From: Lama glama
Lineage: Eukaryota
Length of the DNA: 64,000 nt
Assembly (NCBI GenBank): GCA_028534125.1
Contig: CM052818.1
Span: forward strand, 21,144,001 to 21,208,000
Direction: 5' to 3'
A program made the position numbers and the translations under genes. Under the pieces are notes generated by a model. It was given only the letters and a program-made list of their open reading frames with translations, was not told the origin of the DNA and ran no database searches. Shown here one piece after another: positions 24,171 through 35,380 of this stretch; the first letter of the stretch is position 1, and every line of letters begins with the position of its first letter.

Positions 24171-27100
24171 AGAGAAGACCAACCAATAGTTGTTGCCACC
24201 ATGTTCCCAGAAAAGACACCTTGGATGGTTCCAGAGCAGTGCCCATTCCCATGTGAGTGCACAACCATCTACACCAGCAGGAAGAGGAATCATATACTAA
24301 CCCCCATGGTGCCCAAGACCACACACTCAAGAAATATTTTTAAGTTGAGATTTTGATGGCGAAAGTTCCCCCACGGAATCAAGAAGGAATCAATAAAAAT
24401 CTAAAACTTGAATTGCTAAAGCCAAGCATAAACAGGCTCGTTTATATTTTATTCTCAGGCAACATCTCTCCCCAAGGGACATTGTTTTCCTTCTACCAAT
24501 TTTCAATTTCCTCCTCTCCCAATGCCTGGATGAGACCAAAGGTATTACCAACTGCTGCTCAGGGTTGCTGTGGCCAACAGTTGCATCCTTCTGAAGCGCC
24601 AGCTGGTTGGGGACACTCTCTGGCAGCCCGTTAGTCCACAAAGCCTGCCTCGATGGTTCCACAGCTTTCTCCAATGCAAATGACTGAAAACATGCCTTCC
24701 CAACAAGGAAAATATGTAAGCTTTAGTTCTCAAGTTATGTTTCATGTTTACAACGGTCTTCTCATCATCGGTAGTTGGATTAAATTTAGTGATTACAAAG
24801 ATTTTTGTTTTTATCAATAATACCCTTGATCTTGAAAAACAAGAGCAATTTAAATGGACCCAGATGCTGAAAACCTCGCCACATGTTTATTGTATGTTTT
24901 TAATTGCATTGTATTTGAGACTGTCATTTAAATCAATTAAATATGAATGTTATTCCCATGGCCACGTTTTCCTGGTCTTTCACAATAAATCTTTGCTGTT
25001 CCTAGTTATTCGATTGCAAAATCTTCGAAGGAAAACGTTTTTGGTAATTACGTTTTCCCCTACACTCCTGTCAAACAGGTACACACCCCACCCCCATCCA
25101 AAGCCCACATGGAGCTGAAACGTTATCCCAGAAAAAATTCTTCCGGCCCTGCAAAGTCATTGGATTTTAAGTCACTGCTCTCTGTTTATCCCCTTTCGGC
25201 GAAAGTTCCTTCCCCCTTTAAAATGGATCATTTAGTTTCATTATTATCACTACGATTATCAACAACTCTTTCTGTCAGTGCAATTCAACCAAGACTTACT
25301 GAGTGTCCACTGACTTTCTGTAAACATGTCCTCCATCTGTAAATCAAAGCGACGTCGGCGACACTGATCACACGGCAGTGAATTCTGGGGCAGAGAGGAG
25401 AGGAGTGGGGAAGGAAGGCATGAAATAATAAAATAGCAGGCTGTGTGGTTGAAATAAAGAGAAAGCAGCTTGACATCAGGGGACACGAATTGAATCCTGA
25501 CCTGAGCATCAATCAGTGACTCCAGGCATGTCATTTAGCCTCGTCTGAATTTTAGTTTTCTCACCTGTGAAATAAGTGTGCACCAAAAACCTTTATGAGA
25601 AACCACCCTCTCCAGACATGGTGAGTAACAGTTGTGTAGATGCTTCCTCAACAGTGGACATGCACAGGGCCAGACTGCTTCCTGTTTGTGCAAGATGCAG
25701 CCCCTCTGAGGAGCTAAGGTTCTCCCTGGGTCCCTCAGGTCTTGCAGAAGAGGGGAGAGCCCAAAGAGTTCTAGCCAGAACCAAGGGAGCTAAGATGTGT
25801 AGGAGGGCCCTCCTGGATGGCGATGGGGACCTGGTGCTAAGAAGGAAAACCAGCAGAGACCTGCAGAGGTGTCCCAACCCTCGGGATGAAGATGAAGGAG
25901 TGACCCTTGGGAGCCTCCTGGGGATAAGACAGGGCTGAAGGTACCTGATGTCTCAAAGCTAACCAGGTTTTCACTCTTGTTTTCTGGGTTTATTTTCCTT
26001 TTAACCTCCCTTATGAAGGTTTCTGAGAAATTCCAGCTGTCACAGCTGGTCCAAGGGGAGTTAAGAGAAAGGGTGTGTGCCCAGTTGGGCTGGGGCACTG
26101 AAAAAACAGCCCTAGCAAGGCAGGAAGAGTGGAGTCAGGATGGGAGAGCCCCAGGGATGACTATGCTGGGAGACCAGGGCCTCTTGGTCCCAGCTGTTCA
26201 TCCCACCTAGAGAATCTCCTTCCAGAACTCCATCCATTCGGAGACTTATTTTATTCCAAGAGGCAGAATTTTCTCACCTCTTTCCAAGTCTCACACCCCA
26301 GGTACCCCAGGCCTTGATACCTCAGTTGGCTAACAACACTGCCTCCTGCTCAGCAAGGGTCACTCTGAACTGTTTTCAGCCATGGTGAAGGCTTACATGG
26401 CGCCCTCCACACTCTCCCAGGCCACCAGATGCCCCACGGCACAAGCTGGCTGGCTCCAGCAAGGTGCAGCGTGTGGTCTGGAAGAGGATTTTCCTGGCTT
26501 CTGTGCTCAAACGTTGACCTCATCATCTCAGACTTAGCTCCAAGCAACAGAGTGAGTCTGCCCACGTGACTCCCCTTTGTGATGTAAAATGCTGAATAAC
26601 CATGAATGGACACCAAGCTCGGGACCCTGTTCTAGAAATTAATTTGCTGTCAGGGGTCAAGTGCCTTCCACTGAATGTCAAAAGGCCACTTAAAGATCAG
26701 CGCAACCCCCTTATCATCTGTGTTTGCCATCGGTGAGCTCCGCCAAGCGCGGCACATGGGAACTCAGAGCTCCAGCGGCCTGCTTCCAACTCCTTAAGCT
26801 CAAACTGTAATAATGACAGCAGCTAACAGGTTTGTTTGTCTGTTTTTTCAGAACATAATGTATGCCAGACATAGATTATCTCAGAAAATTCTTACAATAA
26901 ATCTTTGCATCTACTCTTATCTTCCTCATTTTAATCGGAAAACGGGGATTCGCAGAAAAGGATCTGCCCAGAGTCACACAGCTGGGGAGCGGGGCAGGCG
27001 AGACACCAGTGCAGGCTTGGCCTCCTCGCCAAGAAGCCACACTGTAACAGTGGCTGGTTTTCGCTAATTTTCTTGTGGTCACTGGTACCAAACACCAACA

Positions 27101-28055
27101 GCAGCTGGCTAAATAAATACGTAAATACATAAATAAGGGAGTAAGGAGAGGGCTTAGCATTTACTGGGAGATTTCTAGAAGCCCTCAGAATCCAATGGAG
27201 AGCGGCACCCTCAGGCCAGAAGGAAGCAGGGCAGCTGGGGGCCTGAGCGGCAGGGTTTGAGGCCCCTCTTTCCAGGACACTTGTGCTGGCTCTCGTCTTC
27301 GGTGGTTCAAAGTTACAAAACTCCTAGGGAAAAAAGTCAGACTCTCCCAGCTTGGTCAGGTTACATCCTGGACCAATTAGCCTTGGCCAACAGGTCAGGC
27401 AGGAGCCGGTAGGGGCAGGGCAAGAAATTCCCATAGAAGGAGGGTCATTGTGAGCCAGCAAGCTGCTTCCCTGCTTCCAAGAAGCTCAATGAGGACAGCA
27501 GACGGGGTGACCGAGAGGGGCCAGGAGCTCTTCCTCCTGGGGGATTCTGTGCACAGGAACCTCTCACCTGACTCCCGGCTGGCACAGCGGTCCTCACGAG
27601 TGCCCCACGAGTGTCTGAGCCCATCCAGGATCCTCTGCCTCCAGCTCGCCCCTCACCTTGACAAGGCCACCTTGTCGTGCCTTTGCTCAGCTGGTTCTTC
27701 CACACTGAGCTCACTCTCTCCACCTCCTCTCTGGCAGCCTAAATCTTCCCCATTCTTCAAGGTATGTCCCACATGCCCCAAGAAGCCTTTCTTGGTCCTA
27801 CTGTCCTGCCTATAAACATCTATAGCACTTAATCTTATTCACACCTTACTGTTTTCGCCCCATTCTCTATTTGCTGTCCTTTTCTGTTTCTTGGTCTTCT
27901 CTCTGCCACCTAGGATAGACCCTTGGAGAGCAGAGACCTTATTTTCTCATTTTTTATATTCTAATGAAATAACCTGGCATAGAACCAAACAAGATAATAA
28001 AAAGCATCAAAAATAATAACTATCTTTATAATAAAAACTACCACAAAGTAGTATC

Positions 28056-28107
28056 GAAATAAAGATCGATATATACATATGTATATGTATATATCGATCT
28101 TTATTTC
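28056..28107. repeat. Perfect 25-bp inverted repeat with a 2-nt spacer
   Basis: GAAATAAAGATCGATATATACATAT-GT-ATATGTATATATCGATCTTTATTTC; the arms are exact reverse complements. Confidence 0.95.
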
Positions 28108-28189
28108 TTTTCAAAAGGCTTTTTTTTTTTCTGTGTGTTATTACACTTGCTCCTTACTACAAATCTGCAAACTAGGAAATGAAGGTAAT

Positions 28190-28605
28190 TTGCTCCTGAC
28201 TTTGCCATCTGATGTCTGGGGCCTCAGTTGGAGGCTGGAATCATCTAGAGGTTGGTGCCAGCTATCAGCTGAGACTCAGCCAGGCTGCCAGCCGGGGCAC
28301 TGACACAGACCCTCTCCATGTGGCTTGCACTTCCTCATGGTATGACTGCCTCGGGGTAGTTGAATATCTTACACAGTAGCTCAGGGCTGCAAAGATGAGT
28401 GTCCACAAAGAACCAGGCAAAAGTTACATGGCCTTTTCTGATCTAGTCTCTGAAGTTGTGCAGTGTCGCTTTCCACCACACGCTACTGGTTACAAGCAAG
28501 TCAGTACGATTGGCTCAGATTCAAAGGCAAGGGACACAGACCCCTACCTTTCAAGGACAGGAGCGTCAAAGAGTTTGCCCAACATGTTTTAAAATTGCTG
28601 CCATT
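28190..28605 (-). mobile_element. MaLR solo LTR (MLT1 family)
   Basis: CCTCTCCATGTGGCTTGCACTTCCTCA...ATGGCCTTTTCTGATCTAGTCTC...CAGATTCAAAGG. Confidence 0.7.
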
Positions 28606-30539
28606 CCCCATTGGACAGATAGAGAAATGGAGGCTTAGAAAGGGTAAGTGGCCTTGCCCAAGGTTGTGCAGCTGCCCAGAAAACAGGAAAGTCAAAGGGA
28701 CCCCTGGCTCCCTGTGCAGGCATCATTCTCCTACCTGGACCTGATGGGTGATACATTGATGGGTTGTCTACAGGAAGGTGGTTACAGGGCCAAGAAGGAG
28801 CGGGGAGAGAAGGAGCAGGTGCAGCGGTCTTCTCTGCTCCTTGGGTTCCTTGGGCCCCTCTGACTCTTCTGGATGCCAGCCAGCTTGAAAGGTGACCACT
28901 TTCTCTGTGCTGAGAAATAACGCCCTTTGATAGCTAAGGAAAGAAATACAATGAGGACATCAGTGCCAGATGTGCATGTCGTGTACTGATCAAAATATAG
29001 AGAGTCGATCTGTCTGTGGCCCATTTCCGGGGGCAGCTCTACAATCAGCAAATCAGCAGAAGGGGCTGGGGCTGAAGTCTGGGCTGAAGGCTGAGGGCTG
29101 GAGGCTAAGGCTGAGGCCCAGGAGTAGGGGGTCTTTGACTGCTCGACTTGCCAATACGATCTGATGCTCAACCCAGAGACTGCAGGCCTATTCACACATC
29201 TGTTCAGCACTTGCCTGCAATCACTTAAGTTTTATTATTGGACTTGTCACCATATTAATGTGGCTGTACATTTAAATTGATTGTAATTGTAAGTTTCCTG
29301 AAAAACCTTGGGTTTTTTGCAAGTATTAATTAACCGATGCACTTACATTAAAAACAATTATGTAACCTCAGACCTGCCTTCCTCGCTCTCCCCGTCAAAA
29401 ATGGGGGTTTCGTGTAATGTGTAAAACATGTGGACTAAGATTTCACAATTAAGGTCAATTTCCATTTGGAAAGGAAAGATAATTAACTGCCTCTCACCTG
29501 TAATCTCCTGACATGTTTCAATTAAGAAAATAATTCTTTAAAAACTTTGTAATCTGGACACTCATAGAACAGGTTCGTGACGCTACCAATAAACAGAATC
29601 ATTAACAAAATAAATCAGGGCCCCTGGCTGCAAAGCTGACGGGGCATCTGTTTTCATGTTAAACCAATAAGGCAAGAATTTGGGAAAGATCACACAAAGG
29701 CACAGCTGGGTCCTTTAGCAGCAGAGGGGAAGAATGTGGAGTTCTGCAGCCTCCACGTTCACCTCACCACAAAAGCCGAGTGAGGTGCGAGGATTTATCG
29801 TTCATCCTCTGCAGCTTCCTAGCTGCATGGCTGTACAAGAGACTCGATCTCTCCAAGTCTTTGTTCTCTCATTTATTAAGTGGGAATAAGTTATACCAAC
29901 CTCGTATCACTGTTGGAATCGTACACGAGCTGGTACGTGCAATGTGCTTAGCACCGCAACTGGCGTTCATTGGGTCTCAAGAAAAGGAAGATACGGTTGT
30001 TGTGTCCACTGAGCCCAGGAGGAGAGGCCAGGGGAGGGAGGTGTGGAATCTCTAGCTATGGCACCTTGGGCAAGCCCTTTCCCCTCTCCAGCCTCCGGCC
30101 TCATCTGTGGAGGAAGCCTCCTGGGTCCTCTCCTTCCTGGTGGCCCTCCCTGAGCCCTCCCCCACTGTGATGGGGTGAGACGCCAACCCCCCCACCCTCC
30201 TTCACACGTGCGGGGAGCTCACCCATGATCTCATGCCCATCAGGATGAAGGATGGAGGCTCCTGGAAGCCAAGGATCTTGTCCTTTAACAAGGTCTGCCC
30301 AAGGTCATAGCAAAAAAGCAAGTAATTCATGGAGAACAGTATGGAAGTTCTTTAAAAAAACTAAAAATAGAGTTGCCATATGACCCGGCAATCCCACTCC
30401 TGGGCAGAAACCCAGAGAAAACTCTAATTTGAAAAGATACATGCACCCCAATGTTCATAGCAGCACTACTTACTGTTTGCCAAGACATGGAAGCAACCTA
30501 AATGTCCATCGACAGATGCTGGATAAAGAAGCTGCGGTA

Positions 30540-31117
30540 GCTAGTCTTGGAGTCCCATCGTCACCCCAGATCAGCAGGAAGTAGCTAGAGTGGTCGTCGC
30601 CCTCTATATCCCAAAGATTTGGGGTCCTATGACTACAGGGGGAAATGTTAGGCAGTTAGATAGAAATGAACACCGGGCAGGGGGAGAGGAAGGGGAAAGG
30701 AACAAACAAGAAAATAACAGTACATCTGCACTCAGAAAAGGGACTCCAGAAACTTACTTTCTCTAAGTGAGGGCCAGCAAAAGAAGCCAGCTAAAATCAA
30801 AACGCTGCAGCTGTGCATAAGAGAAGGCCCCGGCGTGATTTGACCCAATGAAACTGCCCAAAAGGGGAAGGGCGTGCCAGAGCACAAGGGACCTGAGCTG
30901 TCAATCAGCCTGATCACTCAAAGAACCTGAGCTGCAAATCAATCAATCAATCACGAAAACGCCCCTAAGCCAGGATATAAAAACAGGAAAAACAAAGGAA
31001 GGGCGCCATTTTTCCTCTCTTGGATTGGCCCGCTCCCAGTCCTCGGAGTGTACTATCTTTTACTACTTTTTTACTTTACTAATAAAAATTTTACTTATAT
31101 CACACACACATACACAA
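30540..31117 (+). mobile_element. ERV1-like 3' fragment (end of internal region + PPT + U3-R, no U5) with a decayed tail
   Basis: CAGCAGGAAGTAGCTAGAGTGGTCGTCGCCCC (post-env-like), PPT AGGGGGAAA at 30637-30645, LTR start TG at 30646, (CAAT)n boxes, TATAAAA at 30976-30982, AATAAA at 31081-31086, then a CA/A-rich tail. Confidence 0.7.
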
Positions 31118-31131
31118 AAGCTGTGATACAT

Positions 31132-31601
31132 TGTGAACGAAAAATACTGCAAACCACATCAGTAAACAAAGAATGCTGAAGCCACCAAGTCATCAGCTGC
31201 TGCAGCCACCCCCCAGTGCAGACAAGCCTGCAGCCCAGCCTCTGCAGCCACTCACAGTGGTGCACTCTGAGGGGGCTCAGAATAATAAAGGACAAGATAC
31301 TGGCCCTAGATGCTTGTCAAAGGAATGAATTCAATGAGCTCAAATGCTTACTTCCTCTCATACATAGAAAAGCCTAAATTCCTTAACTTGAGATGCCTGG
31401 TTTTCTTTAAATAACAAGTAATCTTTTATTGTTCCAACTACCTGGTCTTTGTTGTAAAACTCCTATATATCCTAGCTCCTCCCCTACCTCTTCGGAGCAG
31501 TCCCTCAGAGCGATCTGAGAGGCTGTCATCCTGGCTTGAGTTCTCCTGCCAAATAAAACATAACTCTCAACTTTTAGGCTGTGCATTTATTTCAGTCAAC
31601 A
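31132..31601 (+). mobile_element. ERV1-class solo LTR (artiodactyl MER41-like family)
   Basis: TG...CA termini (TGTGAACG...GTCAACA), TATA-like CCTATATAT near 31462, AATAAA at 31552-31557, and a 4-bp TSD ACAT/ATAT. Confidence 0.8.
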
Positions 31602-31973
31602 ATATATACACAGTGGAATATTATTGAGCCATGAAAAAGAATGAAATCATACCATTTGCAGTGACAAGGGTGGACCTAGAGACTATCATATTAAGTGAAG
31701 TCAGACAGAGAAAGATAAATATCATATGATATCACTTATATGTGGACTCTAAAAAGAAATGATCCAAATGAACTTATTTACAAAACAGTTGGAGACTCAC
31801 AGACATAGAAAACAAACTTAAGGTAACCTAAGGGGAAACTGGGCGGAGGGATAAATTAGGAGTTTGGGATTAACATATATAAAATAGATAATCAGCAAGG
31901 GCCTACTGTACAGCACAGGGAACTATGTTCAATATCTTGTAATAACTTTTAAAAGAAAAAAATTTGAAAAAGA

Positions 31974-32033
31974 ATATATGTGTGTGTGTGTATATATATA
32001 TATATACACACACACACATATATGTACATATAT
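31974..32033. repeat. Compound (TG)n(TA)n(CA)n microsatellite in the L1 3' UTR
   Basis: ATATATGTGTGTGTGTGTATATATATATATACACACACACACATATATGTAC. Confidence 0.9.
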
Positions 32034-33321
32034 AAATGAATCACTACACTACACGCCTGAAATTAGCATAACATTGTAAATCAACTATACGTCAATAAAA
32101 TTAGGGAAAAAAAAAAAGCAGGTAAATCCAGCAGCCCAGAGCCACCTTTGCGACAAAGCTTTGCCTCCATTCCCTGCTTGGAGAAACCATCAACATAAAC
32201 CCTAGAGAGTCCCTGTTTTGCAGACCCTAAGCCCCTCAGAGGCTATTGAACTCCCCAAACAGACCTGACCCTTGAGACCCATTTTCAGAGTCGCCCAACA
32301 GCATTAACTTCCAGACGTGTATGGGTGGAAAGGGAGCCTGGTTCTAGGTCAGTACCCCCACCCCCACCTCTTTCAAGTCACTAGAGGAACTGGGCCCCTC
32401 CCAGCCTCTCCAGCCTTGATTTCCTTATCAGTAAATGGGGGCTGATTGCAGGACCTCGAAGGTCCCTTGTGCTCCAGTCATACATAATTTTCTTATCTCC
32501 TCTAGAATCTTTTATTTTATTATTTTTACAAAGTCAAAGACAGAGAGTTTGACATTCTTTTTCTGAAAAAAGGCACTTGTCCCAGTCGGACTGGGGCTTT
32601 GATGTATGTCTTCAGTGAGGGAGGTTGCAGAGAGGAGCTTCTTTCCCTGACCCATCCACCCCACATGGCTATGGGATCTCTCTGTGAGATGATCACTCAC
32701 AGGTTCACAACCCACTGAGGTTCCATGGCATAGATGACGGGGCGGAGCTCAGGATCCAGCCGAGGAGGTGGAGGGGCTGGAATCCGTGCTGGTGACAGCA
32801 GTGATTTTCAAGCATGAGACAGAAAAGACAGTTCCCCATCACCCTCCACCCTCAGTAGATGGTGACTGACAGAGAGGAGGGAGGCGCTCTGCCACACCGG
32901 GTTACTCTAGTCCACACCTCTTCCCAGGACACCTCTGCCTCTCTACTCTGAGCAGAAGGCAGCACTGTTGGGAAAAGCAACTGTGCTCAGCTGAATTCTC
33001 ATTGTTGCAGGGAGAGCCCCACTCCGTGCACTAGTCACACCCTTCTCCCATCCTGGGAATCCTTGCACTCACTCTCCTGCCCAACACCAGCAGCTGCTGA
33101 CACCCAGCAGGACGTCAGGAGGGGCTGGGATTTAAGGGCAAAGCTCCAGGGGCTGCCCTCCCCAAGCCCACCTCTAACATGCATCCCCACACGGACCCCC
33201 CAAAGGCAGCTGTTGCATAAATTCCCTGGCTCCAAGGAGGCTGCAGGGCAGCAAAGAGATGACAGGGAAAGCAGAGGGCTTCAGAGAGAAGAGCTTCTGA
33301 CAGTGAGCCGTGAGTTCCAGA

Positions 33322-33625
33322 TTCTTTCATTCATCCATTCAACAAATGTTTACTGACTGTGAACAGATCAAGTGCCAGGCACTTGGGGATAAGGACTCGG
33401 AAATACAGGTGTAAATGACACCAGTGAGATCCCTGCCATTGTGGAGCTTACATTCTAGTAGGCAGAGAGACTTAGTAACAGACAGAAGTAAATAAAGCAG
33501 ACAATATAGGGGGAAAGACAACGGGGAAGATCACCAGGGGTGGGGGTTACAATTTTAAATGGGTGATCAGAGACCATCTTATTGAGAAGGTACCACTGGA
33601 CCAAGGACCTGACACAGGAGAGCTC
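33322..33625 (-). mobile_element. L2 3' end
   Basis: TTCATTCATCCATTCAACAAATGTTTACTG...GTGCCAGGCACT...CCCTGCCATTGTGGAGCTTACATTCTAGT. Confidence 0.8.
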
Positions 33626-33781
33626 CCAGGCCTGACACCACGACTGGCTCCCTGGGGGAAAAGTCACTTTCCTTCTAAGAATCCAATCAGTGGGTGACTC
33701 TAAATCAATAACTTGTAAACATAGTTTCCTCTGCAGCAGATCCCTTTAGTCAAAGGAAGAATTACCCAGAGCCCCATAAAT

Positions 33782-33981
33782 TAGGATTTCCAGGTAAAAG
33801 ATAGGATACTCAGTTAGTTGAGTATCCTGATTCAGTAAAACTGAATCATTTTTGAACAGAATTATATCCCAAATACTGCATGGCACATACTTATACTAAA
33901 GAGTATTTGTTGTTTATCTGAAAATCAAATGTAACTGGGTGGCCTCAGTGGCCTTTTTATTCGCTAAATCGGGCAGCCCTA
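33782..33981. mobile_element. MER33 hAT-Charlie MITE
   Basis: TAGGATTTCCAGGTAAAAGATAGGA...CCCAAATACTGCATGGCACATACTTATACTAAA...TGTTTATCTGAAAATCAAATGTAACTGGG...GCTAAATCGGGCAGCCCTA. Confidence 0.8.
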
Positions 33982-34977
33982 CAGTCACATAGGAAGAAGG
34001 GAAGTACTTCTCAGAGCTTTGACATCTACGACCGAGTGGCCTCTCTGAGCCTCAGTTTCTCTGTGGACAGGAGACAGATCTCTAGGTCACTAGCAATGGT
34101 GATGGAGCCCCATGGGAAGAAAGTCATTGTCACCCTCCAGAGCTTAGCCTGAGGTCAATCCCAGGCCAGGAGCTCCTGGATCTCAGAGAGGTTTCAGTAA
34201 ATTACCCAATGGGAAAGCACCCAGCCCAGCGCCTGGCAATGGTGGGTGCCCAGAAATTGTTTGTTTTGTTTGGGTCTAATTTTCTGGAAAACCACCTTGC
34301 TCTCTCAGCACCCCCCAGGCTTTCTGAAAGTCAACTTCTGGTCCATTTATCCTAGATGGTCCCTCAGCCCCACAGGGCCAGGAAGAGATTGATGCAGCAT
34401 ATTACTGAGTCTGGGAGAAAGGCCCAGGAGTGCTTGGTGGTTTTCTCTCTTCCCAGAAGCTTGCTCATTCCTGGGTTGAGAGCTGAGTTCTTTCACCCTC
34501 ATTTGTCTTGGAAGGGCTGGCCATGGGCTATACCACCCAGTGAGAGTTTAACTGGAAAAAAAAGAAAAGACTGGCACTTTTCAATGAAAAGGAAAAAAAC
34601 AAAAACAGAAACAAAAACCTCTCGAAGAGCAGAAATCCGAAAGGCAAAATACCTGAAATCTCCTGTCAGGTACTGGAAATGGTCTCTTAATGGCTTGAGG
34701 TAGAAGCAAAGCCAACAGCTTCTCCAGGGCCTGAAGCTTCAGAATATGCTGGGAGCAGCTGGGACCTCTCAGCTTCTCCATTTAACTCCAGTTTTTTCCC
34801 TGGGGTAAATCAATAGCCTAGGCAACATGCCCTCAGTTATCTGCCTTGTGGCTTACCTGAGGTGGGATGACTTCAGGGTGAGGAGATGGAGACTAGGCAG
34901 AGAGGGAGGGGTAAAGAGGCCCTGACTAGCAGCACGCAGAGCTGGGAGAAGCCACGACATGTGTCTGTGCCAACTTC

Positions 34978-35380
34978 TGTTATCTACTGCAGTGTAACAA
35001 AGAGCCCCCCAAAATGCAGTGGAGTGGGGCGGGGAGGTGGGCTTCAAACAACAATTTATTTTCATTTCTCATGGTTTCTGTGGGTTGGCAGGGCTCAGCT
35101 GGGCTGCACTCCCTCTGGGTCTCTCCCACGGTGGCCTTCAGGTGACCAGTCTGAGCATTCAAAAGCATTTCTTCATGTGTCTGTCTGGCACCCAGGCCTA
35201 GATGGTAGGAACATCTGGGGTCACCACCACATGTTCCTGCTTATGGGGTGGCTTGAGCTCTCTCACAGTGTGGCAGTCTCACAGTAGTGGACCCTTTACA
35301 CCACAGCAGCTTTCTCCAGATCATGTGTTTCTAGAGTCAAGACAAAAGCTGCAAGGCTTCCTAGATTCAGTCCTGGAAAG
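34978..35380 (-). mobile_element. MaLR solo LTR (MLT1 family)
   Basis: TATCTACTGCAGTGTAACAAA...GGCTTCAAACAACAATTTATT...CTCATGGTTTCTGTGGGTTG...GGGCTCAGCTGGGC. Confidence 0.7.

Larger units (their letters stand above)
30329..32117 (+). mobile_element. 5'-truncated L1 (end of ORF2 + 3' UTR + poly-A), interrupted by two insertions
   Basis: GAGAACAGTATGGAAG...ATACATGCACCCCAATGTTCATAGCAGCAC...GGATAAAGAAG (to 30539) resumes at 31602 with ATATATACACAGTGGAATATTA...GCACAGGGAACTAT...ACATTGTAAATCAACTATAC and ends in A11. TSD AAAAAAGCAAGTAA (30312-30325) / AAAAAAGCAGGTAA (32112-32125). Confidence 0.9.

Noticed and set aside
24358..25209. 12-mer GGCGAAAGTTCC occurring at 24358 and 25198
   Set aside because: A few 12-mer pairs within 1 kb are expected by chance in 64 kb, and the flanks are not homologous.
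33782..33981. Imperfect internal palindromy
   Set aside because: Explained by MER33 MITE structure.
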